A DNA stretch of 53,672 nt from Verrucomicrobiota bacterium (GTDB lineage Bacteria; Verrucomicrobiota; Verrucomicrobiia; Opitutales; Seribacteraceae): positions 1 through 53,672 of the forward strand of contig JAQBYT010000029.1 in the NCBI GenBank assembly GCA_027622665.1, given 5' to 3'. The position numbers were made by a program, and so were the translations under genes. Below the pieces are notes generated by a model. That model was not told the origin of the DNA. It saw only the letters and a list, made by a program, of their open reading frames with translations, and searched no databases. The stretch's first letter is position 1; every line of letters starts with the position of its first letter. This document shows positions 40,063 through 50,499 of this stretch, piece after piece.

Positions 40063-40164
40063 GATTTAACATACGTTAGATTAACTTGGAACTCACCGCA
40101 ATGCAAAAGATGCAAAGGCTTAGTAGTTGCAAACCGACAAATCCTCGCATAACATTTATCAATT

Positions 40165-40716
40165 ATGGAAATGGATCGCTCTAATTCCGCAGATGTCTTA
40201 ACCGCAGCCGAAACGGCGAGGCGGGACATGCAGCTTCGCCGCGATGATCGACCCGACAACGAAGTACCTGAAAACGCCGTAGAGAGCTCAGTAAAAGTTA
40301 CTCAAGCTCCTGAACCGATTGAACTGACAGGCGAACTAGCTTCACAGCTTGTCGACAACCCAAGCCCGGGCATACCCCTCGAATCCGTGGACAACATCGA
40401 GCAATCCGGCTTGGACTCGACTCGAAATCCCGATTGGGAGACACTCGAGAAAAGCCACCTCCCTCCCGAACCTGGTTCCGGTCAACTCCACAAAGACCAA
40501 TATTGGGAAGAACGAAGTGAAGATCGAGAACTTCAAGACAAGGATCTACAGGAGGAAGCCATCCGCGAAGATAGCGAAAGCTTTGATCAGTCCGCCCAAA
40601 TCGCCGAGGATTTCAGCCGAGCCAATTCCAACGAAGTTCTCGACCCTTATTATCGTAGTGGTTCTCACCCATCCAGTCCCCCTTCGGCAGGTTCCAGTCT
40701 CGACTCCTTTGCCTGA
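40165..40716 (+). CDS. Acidic, likely disordered hypothetical protein
   Basis: 183-aa D/E/S/P-rich ORF ending 3 nt before the DUF971 gene. Confidence 0.65.
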   Translation: MEMDRSNSADVLTAAETARRDMQLRRDDRPDNEVPENAVESSVKVTQAPEPIELTGELASQLVDNPSPGIPLESVDNIEQSGLDSTRNPDWETLEKSHLPPEPGSGQLHKDQYWEERSEDRELQDKDLQEEAIREDSESFDQSAQIAEDFSRANSNEVLDPYYRSGSHPSSPPSAGSSLDSFA

Positions 40717-40719
40717 CGT

Positions 40720-41040
40720 ATGGCCGTACAACCACCTCCCGAGCGGATCGAATTGATTGGAAACGAGCTAGCCCTTGCATGGCCCGACGGCCGAGAGGAC
40801 TTTTTGCCAGCCCCCTTCCTGCGGACAAACTCTCCCAGTGCTGAAAATCAGGGTGAGCCCGACTTGTTCGGCAGAATAAGCGGAGGCGCTGCACCAAAAA
40901 ATGCTGCGAGCATTAGCCTTAAAGGTTTCGACTATGTTGGCAACTATGCCGCTCGATTGGTTTTTTCAGATGGTCACGACACTGGTATTTTCTCTTGGGA
41001 ATACCTGAGGGAAATCGCCGAAGAATTTAGAAAGCTTTAA
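40720..41040 (+). CDS. DUF971 (GBBH-like N-terminal) protein
   Basis: LAWPDG, LR.NSPSA, VGNYA..VFSDGHDTGIFSWEYL. Confidence 0.92.
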   Translation: MAVQPPPERIELIGNELALAWPDGREDFLPAPFLRTNSPSAENQGEPDLFGRISGGAAPKNAASISLKGFDYVGNYAARLVFSDGHDTGIFSWEYLREIAEEFRKL

Positions 41041-41047
41041 ATCGCGA

Positions 41048-41824
41048 TCACGCCAAGCCGCGATGACTCTGACGGGCGAAGTTAGCGATTTCACCGGCGA
41101 TGCTGCTATTCGCCAAAGTTCCATTTTCCAGCTCGGCGAGAGCTTGTTTGCGATTTAATTCGCTCCGATAAAGAGCCTTGTAGGTAGCACGGGCGTCCTC
41201 GATTTCCTCGCTGGAAAAACCCGAGCGCTCCATGCCCACTTTGTTGATCGATCGAACCTCCGCGGGGGCACCGTCGGCTAACATGAATGGTGGAACATCC
41301 TGCACAAGTTTGGCGCAAGCGGCCACCATGCATAGACGACCAAGTCGACAAAATTGGTGAATACCTGCATTCCAGCCGATGTTTACGTGATCCCCTACCA
41401 CCACGTGACCGCCAAGAGCCGAATGGCTGCTCATGACCAAGTGATCGCCGACTATGCAGTCATGGGCAACATGACTATAAGCGAGGAAAACGTTGTCCGA
41501 GCCAATCTCCGTAGCATCCTCGGGGTTTGTGGCCACGTGAGCGGTAACGTATTCACGAAATACATTTCGATCCCCTACCCTAAGCTTGGGGTGACCACCC
41601 TGATACTTGAGGTCATGGGTCATGCCTCCGACAAGGGAGTAAGGATGTATATCGTTCTCTTTACCGAGAATGACATCCCCCTCCACCGTCGCGTGGTGGC
41701 GAACCCGGCAACCATCTCCGATGGAGACCTTGTGACCGACATAACAGAATGCCTCAATCACGACGCCCTCTCCCAATTCGGCATCCTTTTCTACGATTGC
41801 CTGAGAATGTATTTGCGTAGCCAC
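41048..41824 (-). CDS. lpxA: UDP-N-acetylglucosamine O-acyltransferase
   Basis: Hexapeptide repeats; DLKY, HVAHDC, HQF, QDVPPF. Confidence 0.95.
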   Translation of the reverse strand: MATQIHSQAIVEKDAELGEGVVIEAFCYVGHKVSIGDGCRVRHHATVEGDVILGKENDIHPYSLVGGMTHDLKYQGGHPKLRVGDRNVFREYVTAHVATNPEDATEIGSDNVFLAYSHVAHDCIVGDHLVMSSHSALGGHVVVGDHVNIGWNAGIHQFCRLGRLCMVAACAKLVQDVPPFMLADGAPAEVRSINKVGMERSGFSSEEIEDARATYKALYRSELNRKQALAELENGTLANSSIAGEIANFARQSHRGLA

Positions 41825-41842
41825 TTCAGAAACGGAAAAAGG

Positions 41843-43189
41843 TCAAGAAGCCTCACCGGCATCGGCAAGAGCAAACATAAGTTGGGCGGAAGACACGACT
41901 TTACCATTCACCCTGCACTCGGCGGAAGCAGTGGCAAGCTTGTCACCTCGCACCTTCACAAGTTTGGCACTGATCTCAAGCTGATCCCCAGGCACTACGG
42001 GACTACGAAACTTCACCTTGTCGGCGCTCATAAAGAACGCCACCTTTCCTTCCGCTGATCCGCGACGCAGGAGCAACACCCCGGCCGCCTGGGCCATGGC
42101 TTCCAATTGAAGCACACCCGGCATTACCGGATGCCCCGGGAAATGTCCCGGAAAAAAGGGTTCGTTGATGCTCACGTTCTTTATCGCAACCAAGCTTTTC
42201 TCGCCATCAATGGACACCACTTTATCGATCATCACGAAGGGAAAACGATGGGGAAGCACATCAAGCACTCGTCGTATGTCGAGTGCGGTCTCATGAGCCT
42301 CTACATGAGTTTTACCTTTCTGTTTTTGGATCGCTCCAGCCTTCTTTTTCCCAGTGCCTGCCATACGCTCGGCTAACTTGGCGGTAATCTCAGAATTTAG
42401 AGCATGACCGGGGCGGACACAGACTAGATGGGCTTTTAATGACTTTCCCAGAAGAGTCACGTCGCCAATTACATCGAGAATCTTGTGTCTCACGAACTCG
42501 TCTTCGAAGCGGAGGGGTTCCTTAGATAGAATTTTGTCACCCTTGATGACAATGGCACTGTCCAAGCTACCGCCCTGAATCTTTCCTAATTTCAAGAGTT
42601 CCTCGATATCCTCAAAAATAGTAAACGTGCGAGCAGGAGCAATTTGAGTGACATAGGTCTCAGGATCAATGTCGATGGATAAATGTTGCACGTGAATGCC
42701 TCGATCATCGGCGGAAGTACAGGTAATGCGGAACCCATCGTAGGGGAGCGCTATAATGGAACGATTCCCTGATGTCACGGATATGGGTTCGTCCAAGACG
42801 AAATATTCCCGATCGGCTTCTTGTTCGACTGGTTCGGCCTCTTGCACCAAGTTTACGAATGGCCGTGCGGAACCGTCCATAATCGGAGGTTCGCTGGCAT
42901 CCAATTCCACCACAGCATTATCCACCCCGCAACCGGCAAGGGCACTCATGACATGCTCGATGGTATGCACTTTGGCATTTCCTTCGCTGATGGTAGTGCT
43001 TCGCACAAAATCAGTCGCATTTTCAGATTTTGGCCGAATTTCGGGTTTCCCGAAAAGGTCCAACCGACGAAAGACGATACCTGCGTTCACCTCGGCAGGC
43101 TTTAGGGTGAGCGTAACAGCTTCACCCGTATGGAGTGATTTCCCCTTAAGGCTGCGTTCCCTTAAAATTGACCTTTGCTTAGCCGCCAT
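41843..43189 (-). CDS. lpxC: Bifunctional LpxC-FabZ
   Basis: TIEH, HKILD, GH (LpxC); [25 protein letters not shown] (FabZ). Confidence 0.95.
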   Translation of the reverse strand: MAAKQRSILRERSLKGKSLHTGEAVTLTLKPAEVNAGIVFRRLDLFGKPEIRPKSENATDFVRSTTISEGNAKVHTIEHVMSALAGCGVDNAVVELDASEPPIMDGSARPFVNLVQEAEPVEQEADREYFVLDEPISVTSGNRSIIALPYDGFRITCTSADDRGIHVQHLSIDIDPETYVTQIAPARTFTIFEDIEELLKLGKIQGGSLDSAIVIKGDKILSKEPLRFEDEFVRHKILDVIGDVTLLGKSLKAHLVCVRPGHALNSEITAKLAERMAGTGKKKAGAIQKQKGKTHVEAHETALDIRRVLDVLPHRFPFVMIDKVVSIDGEKSLVAIKNVSINEPFFPGHFPGHPVMPGVLQLEAMAQAAGVLLLRRGSAEGKVAFFMSADKVKFRSPVVPGDQLEISAKLVKVRGDKLATASAECRVNGKVVSSAQLMFALADAGEAS

Positions 43190-43363
43190 ACACGGGGAAA
43201 TAGTCCTACGCGAAGCTTGTTGGACTGTAAAGCCGTAAGCTTGATGAAGTTTCTCCTCAAGGCTTGCAAGACGAGTCGGTGGCCAGTAAATACAAGATTT
43301 AGGGAAATGGCCATTATCAGTAAAACGAAGCGAAAGTACTTCAAGCGAATGTACTACCGAAAG

Positions 43364-43477
43364 ATGGAGACACTCCTTCGGTCAAATTCATACAAGAAAA
43401 CGATTAGCCGTTTCATAATAGCGATTTGCTTTGTCGTCTCGGCAATTCTTGCCGGACTGCTTTATCTCGGAAAGTAA
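43364..43477 (+). CDS. Possible small single-TM peptide
   Basis: [37 protein letters not shown]; start uncertain. Confidence 0.3.
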   Translation: METLLRSNSYKKTISRFIIAICFVVSAILAGLLYLGK

Positions 43478-43505
43478 TTCCTAAGTGAACTGTGAGGTTC
43501 TCTTT

Positions 43506-45101
43506 TCACTCAGGAACAAGTGTTGCTTTGTCGTCGAATTCTCCAGACTTTAAAGTTTTAGACCAGGTCAGATAGCTAGCGATTTTATCCTCAGGAGCCA
43601 AGGTGTCGTCTCGAACAAAGTCATACAATCGTTCGTAGAGATTAACCTTTAGATAATTCCCTAAACGAAGGTTGGCTGCCTTATCCCCCATCAATACGGT
43701 AAGAAGAGGCCCTATCTCCATTGCTCGAGGATGTTGCTTGCCGAGGGTAACTCGAATGGAAGCTTCTCGAAACTGCTCTAGGATATCAAGGGTTTCGGCA
43801 TCCTTCAAATCAAGATTGTTGTTAGCAATACCCAAACGAGATAGCTCCGGATATTGTTTGGAGTTCATCGCCTTCTGATCGATCAATTTCTTGATGGGAC
43901 TGATGTCGGATACGAAGTTGCCGGAAAGAGCTAGTACTCGAAGTTCGCCCAGATTGGCAACGGGCTGAATGTCCGTGAAATGATTGTGCTGCAAATGGAG
44001 TTCGCGTAGCGAAGTCAGTTTCCTTAATGCACGCAAATCACCGAGCCGATTTTCGCTAAGGTAAAGGTATTCGAGATTGGTCATGTCGAAAAGCCCGCGA
44101 ACGTCCGACAGGTGGTTGTCGGACAATACTAATCTCCGAAGAGAAGAGAAGTCCTTGAAATCGTTGGCGTTCTTTAGTTCGTTCGCTCCAAGAAGTAGAA
44201 TCTGAATGCTCGGCAAATTAGACATGGAAGACAGTTCGGTGATTCGATTCTCGAAAAGATATAATTCTTTCAAACGAGAAAGACCTTGGAGTGCGCCAAA
44301 GGGATCATGATCGCGCTTCTCATTGCCGCTGAAGTCGGAAAAGGGTTCATTGGTATCGAAGGATTTGTTCTTATTCTGATCCTCGTAAGGTTCCGGCGCT
44401 CCCAGCTGGTTTCCTTGAAGATGAAGAACTTCTAGGTTTTTGAGTTTGGAAATTCCTTCGAGATCGAGAAGACGATTGTTGGAGGCATCCAACATTCGTA
44501 GCGCACTGTAATTGCCAATGCCACTCAGTCCTCGGAGACGGTTGTTCGCGACTCGAAGTTCCTCTAGTTTCCATGGCGCATTTTGCCGCTTTGTATGAAT
44601 GGAAAGCAACTCGACCTTCAGTGCGTAGTTTTGCAAGGGTGTAAGTCGAGGAGACTCAGATTCTATTCTTATTTCATTAATCCGGCTAGTCATTCTTATG
44701 CCGGCCAAGAGACCTACGGAATCCAATTTCTTTAGGTCACGAATACGATTCCCTGACAAATCCAATCGGCGCAGGTGGGGCAATTCCGTAATCGGAGATA
44801 TATCCTCGATATGGTTGTCCCTAAGAACCAGTGAAGTAAGGTTTTTGGCTGCTTCAAGGCCGGTCAGATCACGAATGCGGGCTCCACTCAATTCAAATCG
44901 CAAGAGTTTTTCGGCAACCAGTTCCTCAGTCAATTCACCTTGATCCACTAAAAGCGCTCGACTGAGGGCTTCCTCCAAGGCCGGTTCAGGAACAAAAAGA
45001 GGTTTTGCCTCGAGGGACAAGCATGCCAATACTGAAGCATACGCGATTGAACGCACAATCAAACGATTAGCGGACCAACCTCTGACGGGAAGAAGAATCA
45101 T
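43506..45101 (-). CDS. Leucine-rich repeat (internalin-like) secreted protein
   Basis: Multiple LxxLxLxxNxI/L repeats; signal-peptide-like N-terminus. Confidence 0.9.
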   Translation of the reverse strand: MILLPVRGWSANRLIVRSIAYASVLACLSLEAKPLFVPEPALEEALSRALLVDQGELTEELVAEKLLRFELSGARIRDLTGLEAAKNLTSLVLRDNHIEDISPITELPHLRRLDLSGNRIRDLKKLDSVGLLAGIRMTSRINEIRIESESPRLTPLQNYALKVELLSIHTKRQNAPWKLEELRVANNRLRGLSGIGNYSALRMLDASNNRLLDLEGISKLKNLEVLHLQGNQLGAPEPYEDQNKNKSFDTNEPFSDFSGNEKRDHDPFGALQGLSRLKELYLFENRITELSSMSNLPSIQILLLGANELKNANDFKDFSSLRRLVLSDNHLSDVRGLFDMTNLEYLYLSENRLGDLRALRKLTSLRELHLQHNHFTDIQPVANLGELRVLALSGNFVSDISPIKKLIDQKAMNSKQYPELSRLGIANNNLDLKDAETLDILEQFREASIRVTLGKQHPRAMEIGPLLTVLMGDKAANLRLGNYLKVNLYERLYDFVRDDTLAPEDKIASYLTWSKTLKSGEFDDKATLVPE

Positions 45102-45134
45102 TAGATTATAAAGTCGACCGCGATCAGCAAAAGT

Positions 45135-48100
45135 TTAGCGAAAACGGGCAACAAGATCCTTTGATTCGACCGAGTCTCCTACATTCACCAAAATTGCGTC
45201 CACGACACCGTCGGCTTGAGCGTAGATAGTGGTCTGCATCTTCATGGCTTCAAGCACGGCGATCTTGTCACCCTTTTTAACGGACTTACCCACACTCGTG
45301 GCAACGCTGCTGATCATTGCCGGTATTGGAGCTCCGAGATGCATCGGATTGGCGGGGTCGGCCTTCTCTCGAGCCTTGGTGTCACCCTTGACGGACTTGT
45401 CGGGCACCAATGTCTGACGCGCTTTTCCATTGAGTTCGAAAGTGAGCACGCGAATTCCCTTTTCGTCTGGTTCTCCAACATGCAAAAGTTTGATAAAGAG
45501 GGTTTTACCTTCCTCGATTTCAACAGAAATTTCCTCGCCTGGCTCAAGCCCATGAAAAAAGGCTGTTGTGGGTAGCACGGAAACATCGCTGAACTTTGCC
45601 CGGAAGGCAACGAAGTCCTGATGCACTTTCGGGTACATGATATGGGAGAAGAGCTCGTCGTCACTCACTTTACGACCCAACTTCTTGGCAATGGCAGACC
45701 TTTCCTTCACGAGATCAAGTTTGGGTACGGAAGCCCCTGGCCGTCCATGGATCGGCTTACGCTTACCCAATATGGCTTTTCTTACCTTAGTGGGCCAACC
45801 ACCGAGAGGTTGCCCTAGGTTGCCCGAAAGCAGGTCTATGACCGACTCGGGAAAACCGGTTTCTTCGGGGAGATTGACCAAGTCATCAGGCTTTACACCC
45901 TTAGTGATGAGGAAGATAGCGAGATCGCCGACGCTCTTGCTGCTAGGCGTCACCTTGACGATATTCCCGAGCAGGCGATTTACCTCTCGATAGGTTTTTA
46001 CGACATCGGGCCAACGTTTGCCCAGGCCAAGAGCGGCCGCCTGCTCGCGAAGGTTAGTGTACTGCCCTCCAGGCATTTGATGCTGGTAGACCTCGGCGGT
46101 CCCAAAGGGGGGAGAACTGTCGAAGGGGGCGTAATACTGGCGAACCGCTTCCCAGTAAATCGAAAGTTCGTTGAGACAATCCAGATCCAATCCGGTGGCC
46201 CTCGGTGAATTGCGTAATGCATGGGCCACCGAGTTGAGGTTTGGCTGGCTGGTACCGCCCGACATCGAAGAAACTGCCAGATCTACCACGTCGACTCCTG
46301 CCTCAGCCGCTTTCAATACGGAGGCCGATGCGATACCACTGGAATCGTGCGTGTGAAAATGAATGGGTATGCCCACCTCGTTTCGCAAAGCCTTTACCAG
46401 CTTGTAAGCGGCGAGCGGATGGCAAAGACCGGCCATATCTTTAATCGCAAGCAAATGGGCTCCCATCTTTTCGAGCTCCTTGGCCATATCGACGTAATAG
46501 GAGAGCAAATACTTCTCTTCCGCTTTGTCCGTGAAATCGCCCGTAAAACATATGGACGCCTCGCAAAGGGACTGTGTCTGTTCGTTGACGGTTTCCATGG
46601 CCACCTTCAGGTTGGGCAGGTAGTTCAAGGAGTCGAAAATCCTGAATATGTCCATGCCCGCCTCCGAGGCATGAATCACGAAATCCTTTACCACGTTGTC
46701 TGGGTAATTCGCGTAACCCACGGCATTGGAACCGCGAAGAAGCATCTGAAAGAGGATGTTGGGAATCTTTTCGCGAAGGGTTCGCAATCGTTCGTATGGA
46801 CACTCCCCGAGAAAACGCATGCAGGTGTCGAAGGTGGCACCGCCCCACATTTCCAAACTGAATAGTTTCGAAGCTCTCCGCGCAATACAGTCGGCGACCT
46901 TGAGCATGTCGTAAGACCGCATTCGGGCGGCAAACAAGGACTGGTGTGCATCGCGAAGAGTGGTATCGGTAACCAGCAAGCTCTTCTGCTTACGTACCCA
47001 CTCCGAAAACTTTCCGGGGCCCATTTCAAGAAGTAAATCCTTAGTTCCCTTGGGAATTTCGGATTTGTGATCGTAGTCGGGTTCAATCAAGGGCAAGGGG
47101 GCACCGGAACGCTCCCTACCCTTTACCTGAGGATTCCCGTTCACCACGACATCTCCAAGGTAGCTCAACAGTTTGGAAGCCCGGTCTCGACGAGGTTTGA
47201 ACCGGAAGAGAGCCGGCGTCTCGTCGATCATCGAGGTAGTCGCCTTTCCCGTGACGAATTTCTCTTGAGTAATGACGTTTTCCAGAAAAGGAATGTTGGT
47301 CTTGACCCCGCGAATACGCATTTCCCGCAATGCCCTGTGCATTCTATCCAAAGCCAGAGACAGGTTGGGACCCGAGGCCGTTATTTTCACGAGTAAGGAA
47401 TCGTAAAAAGGCGTAATGATAGCCCCCGTCTCGCCCATGGCGCCATCGAGTCGTACTCCAAAACCAGCCGCCGAACGATAATTCAGAATCTTGCCGTAGT
47501 CGGGAGCGAAGTCCTTTTCGGGGTCCTCAGTGGTTACTCGGCATTGAACAGCGCAACCGTTGCGGGGGATTTGATCCTGTCGAGGAATAGCCACTTCCTC
47601 CCCATGCAAGGAAAAGCCCTCGGCAATTAGGATTTGAGAGCGTACAATATCTATACCCGTAATTTGCTCCGTCACCGTGTGCTCGACCTGGATACGGGGA
47701 TTCATCTCGATGAAAAACCACTCTCCCGTATCCATGTCCAAGAGGAACTCAACCGTACCCGCGTTGTCGTAGCCAATTCCCTTGGCAAGCCTCACGGCCG
47801 CTCCGCACAGTTCGGCAACCGTGTCATCGGGCAACCCAATGGAAGGAGCAACTTCAACTACTTTCTGGTAGCGCCGCTGGACCGAGCAATCCCGCTCGTG
47901 CAGGTGGACCACATTACCATGCTTGTCTCCAATAATCTGCACTTCCAAATGCTTTGCTCGCCCAATGTAGCGCTCGAGAAACACCGCGGGGTTTCCAAAT
48001 GCTTGATCCGCTTCGTTCCGAGCCTCCTCGATAGAGGCCATCAAATCCTTTTCTTCCCGCACTACCCTCATTCCTCGACCTCCACCGCCGAAAGCCGCTT

Positions 48101-48572
48101 TGATGATAAGGGGGAAACCGATCTTCTTGGCCCACTTTCGAGCCTCGGCGGATTTGACTACCGGATCGGGCGTGGCCGGCAAGGTAGGCACACCCGCCAG
48201 ATCGGCAGCCTTGCGGGCAGCTACCTTGTCGCCCATCTGCTCCAATAGTTCGGGCCGCGGTCCGACAAAGGTCAGTCCCGCCTCGGCGCAAGCGTGAGCG
48301 AAGAGAGCATTTTCGGAAAGAAATCCATAGCCGGGATGGATGAGGTCGACTCCCTTCTCCTTGGCAATCGAAACAATCCCCTCAATATCTAGATAGGCGG
48401 CTACGGGTCCCTTCCCTTTCCCTACGAGGTAAGCTTCGTCGGCTTTGAAGCGATGAACGCCAAAACGATCCTCTTCGGCGTAGATGGCAACTGTACGAAA
48501 GTTCAGTTCGGTTGCGCTGCGAAAAACACGCACAGCTATTTCGCTGCGGTTAGCGGTCAGAATTTTCTTCAT
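45135..48572 (-). CDS. pyc: Pyruvate carboxylase
   Basis: Biotin carboxylase (ANRSEIA, GGGGRG, RDCS), carboxyltransferase (RDAHQS, IKDMAG, HTH), EAMKM biotin site. Confidence 0.98.
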   Translation of the reverse strand: MKKILTANRSEIAVRVFRSATELNFRTVAIYAEEDRFGVHRFKADEAYLVGKGKGPVAAYLDIEGIVSIAKEKGVDLIHPGYGFLSENALFAHACAEAGLTFVGPRPELLEQMGDKVAARKAADLAGVPTLPATPDPVVKSAEARKWAKKIGFPLIIKAAFGGGGRGMRVVREEKDLMASIEEARNEADQAFGNPAVFLERYIGRAKHLEVQIIGDKHGNVVHLHERDCSVQRRYQKVVEVAPSIGLPDDTVAELCGAAVRLAKGIGYDNAGTVEFLLDMDTGEWFFIEMNPRIQVEHTVTEQITGIDIVRSQILIAEGFSLHGEEVAIPRQDQIPRNGCAVQCRVTTEDPEKDFAPDYGKILNYRSAAGFGVRLDGAMGETGAIITPFYDSLLVKITASGPNLSLALDRMHRALREMRIRGVKTNIPFLENVITQEKFVTGKATTSMIDETPALFRFKPRRDRASKLLSYLGDVVVNGNPQVKGRERSGAPLPLIEPDYDHKSEIPKGTKDLLLEMGPGKFSEWVRKQKSLLVTDTTLRDAHQSLFAARMRSYDMLKVADCIARRASKLFSLEMWGGATFDTCMRFLGECPYERLRTLREKIPNILFQMLLRGSNAVGYANYPDNVVKDFVIHASEAGMDIFRIFDSLNYLPNLKVAMETVNEQTQSLCEASICFTGDFTDKAEEKYLLSYYVDMAKELEKMGAHLLAIKDMAGLCHPLAAYKLVKALRNEVGIPIHFHTHDSSGIASASVLKAAEAGVDVVDLAVSSMSGGTSQPNLNSVAHALRNSPRATGLDLDCLNELSIYWEAVRQYYAPFDSSPPFGTAEVYQHQMPGGQYTNLREQAAALGLGKRWPDVVKTYREVNRLLGNIVKVTPSSKSVGDLAIFLITKGVKPDDLVNLPEETGFPESVIDLLSGNLGQPLGGWPTKVRKAILGKRKPIHGRPGASVPKLDLVKERSAIAKKLGRKVSDDELFSHIMYPKVHQDFVAFRAKFSDVSVLPTTAFFHGLEPGEEISVEIEEGKTLFIKLLHVGEPDEKGIRVLTFELNGKARQTLVPDKSVKGDTKAREKADPANPMHLGAPIPAMISSVATSVGKSVKKGDKIAVLEAMKMQTTIYAQADGVVDAILVNVGDSVESKDLVARFR

Positions 48573-48650
48573 CGAAAGGCAGTCTATATGGCTCTTTAGT
48601 AAAACGAAAAGGGTGACTATCGATGTCTTTTCAGTCTGAAGAACTCAACG

Positions 48651-49586
48651 TCAAAATGAAAACCGAGTAACATCTGACGCAAGAATAATCCGAAAGTTCT
48701 CGAACCACGGATCAACCAATGAGAAAAGTCCAAAGTGATAAATCAACGCCGCAGTTGCAAGAAAAGGGCCAAAGGGTACTTCGACGCCCCATCCGACCTT
48801 AGCTCTCTGCTCGCCTGATTCATCCCCTTCGGGCTTGGCCTTTCCTTGAATCAAGGCCACGGGCAATAGCATAATCGTACCGATTAAGGCACCTCCGAAG
48901 ATTGTGAACAAGGCGCCTTGCCAACCGCAGAATGCCCCGATGCATCCCAGCAACTTGACGTCGCCTTCCCCCAAGGCCTCTTTTCCCATAGCTTTTTCGG
49001 CAAGAAGACCAATCCAATAAAGAGAGGCCGAACCCACTAGCATCCCGACCAGTGCATCCAAACCGGATTGAAAATGCTCTAACTTGCCTCCAACTTCTAC
49101 ACCCAATCGCATCGCGGGAAAGAAAAATGCTAAGGCCAACCCAATCAAGGCTCCGCCAATACTGAAACGATCGGGAATGATAAAACTTTCAAGATCGGTC
49201 AAGGCTGCGCCTATTAGCAAACAGGCAAAAACAGAGGCAATGAGAGCTTTCTCCGGATAAGCACCGCCACCGAAAGTTAGAACCGCCCATGCAAAAGCCG
49301 CACCGGTCAATGCTTCCACGATCCAATATCGCGATGAAATTCTGGTGGCGCAGCAAGCTGCCTTCCCTCGCAATAATAGCCATGAAAAAATGGGGACATT
49401 AAGCCGCCAGGGAATCGGAGTGCTGCAAGAAGTGCATCTCGAGCCGGGTCTCCACATTGATTCATCACGGGGAATACGGTAGGCACAAACATTCAGGAAA
49501 CTGCCGAAGACGCTTCCTAGGATAAAGGCCCAAATGCCGGAAAAAGTCGGGTGTTCTTGGACAAAGGCCGATAACATGAAATTCAT
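48651..49586 (-). CDS. pilD: Prepilin peptidase (A24)
   Basis: GSFLNVC.YRIP, SRCTSC, D...FIIPD, ALGEGDVKL, VPFGPFL. Confidence 0.92.
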   Translation of the reverse strand: MNFMLSAFVQEHPTFSGIWAFILGSVFGSFLNVCAYRIPRDESMWRPGSRCTSCSTPIPWRLNVPIFSWLLLRGKAACCATRISSRYWIVEALTGAAFAWAVLTFGGGAYPEKALIASVFACLLIGAALTDLESFIIPDRFSIGGALIGLALAFFFPAMRLGVEVGGKLEHFQSGLDALVGMLVGSASLYWIGLLAEKAMGKEALGEGDVKLLGCIGAFCGWQGALFTIFGGALIGTIMLLPVALIQGKAKPEGDESGEQRAKVGWGVEVPFGPFLATAALIYHFGLFSLVDPWFENFRIILASDVTRFSF

Positions 49587-49587
49587 T

Positions 49588-50499
49588 TTAAGAGAGTTTT
49601 TTTCGAGCGGCCTCAAACATTGCGCCTACGGGAACATCCGTTCCAGTCCAAATAGCGAGGGAGCGAGCCGCTTGGTGAACTAGCATGGATAAGCCGTTGG
49701 TCGCTCGCAAGCCGAGATCTCGCGCCTGCCTGAGCAAGGCGGTCTCCGCGGGATTGTAGACCATGTCGTAAACCTTCACTCCCATCGGCAACGCGGAGAG
49801 GTCGATGGGTGAAGGGTCTTCGGGCCTCAATCCGAGAGAGGTCGCGTTGATGACGACGAGTTCACTTTGATCGGCAAATACCGACGATGCTTCGTCAAAA
49901 GCGAAAGCTTTCACACTGGCGACTTCATCGCCCACTTTGGGCAAAGCGGCTAGCAACTCGGCCAGTCGGTTAGACGAACGATTACCGATCCAAAGCTTGC
50001 GACAACCTCGAAGGAGGCATTGAGCCGCCGCCGCTCGAGCAGCTCCGCCGGCACCGAGAAGAATCACTTGGGCCCCCTCTAGGTCGACCTCCAACTCCTC
50101 CCGCAGGGCTTGTTCCAAACCATAACCGTCCGTATTGAAACCTCGCCATCCGTCGTCACTGGCCAGCAAGGTATTGACGGCACCTATGGCTTTCGCCTCG
50201 GCACTCAGTTCCACCACTAAGTCCAGAGCTTGAACCTTGTGAGGAATCGTGAGGTTTAGTCCGCGAAATCCTGTCTTTAGCAAGATCGGCAACACCTCCG
50301 ACAAACGCTCGGCTTCGACTTCTATGCGCCGATAACTCCATTTCGAAAAGCGGGGATCCGACTTAGCCATTTCGACCAAAGCTGCATTATGGATTTCGGG
50401 ACTAATGGAATGCCCGATCGGAAAACCGAGAACGGCAAGAGACATTCCCTCTGAGGATATGCCCGTCAAATCCTCAGGTCTTAAGATTTCCTCAGGCAT
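49588..50499 (-). CDS. aroE: Shikimate dehydrogenase
   Basis: HSISP, NLTIPHK, AVNT, NTDG, GAGGAA, DMVYNP. Confidence 0.95.
   Translation of the reverse strand: MPEEILRPEDLTGISSEGMSLAVLGFPIGHSISPEIHNAALVEMAKSDPRFSKWSYRRIEVEAERLSEVLPILLKTGFRGLNLTIPHKVQALDLVVELSAEAKAIGAVNTLLASDDGWRGFNTDGYGLEQALREELEVDLEGAQVILLGAGGAARAAAAQCLLRGCRKLWIGNRSSNRLAELLAALPKVGDEVASVKAFAFDEASSVFADQSELVVINATSLGLRPEDPSPIDLSALPMGVKVYDMVYNPAETALLRQARDLGLRATNGLSMLVHQAARSLAIWTGTDVPVGAMFEAARKKLS

Noticed and set aside
40064..40091. dif-like site ATTTAACATAC-GTTAGA-TTAACTTGGAA
   Set aside because: Good XerD-like arm but poor XerC arm, and it coincides with the AT-rich rpmG leader; GC skew cannot be tested here.
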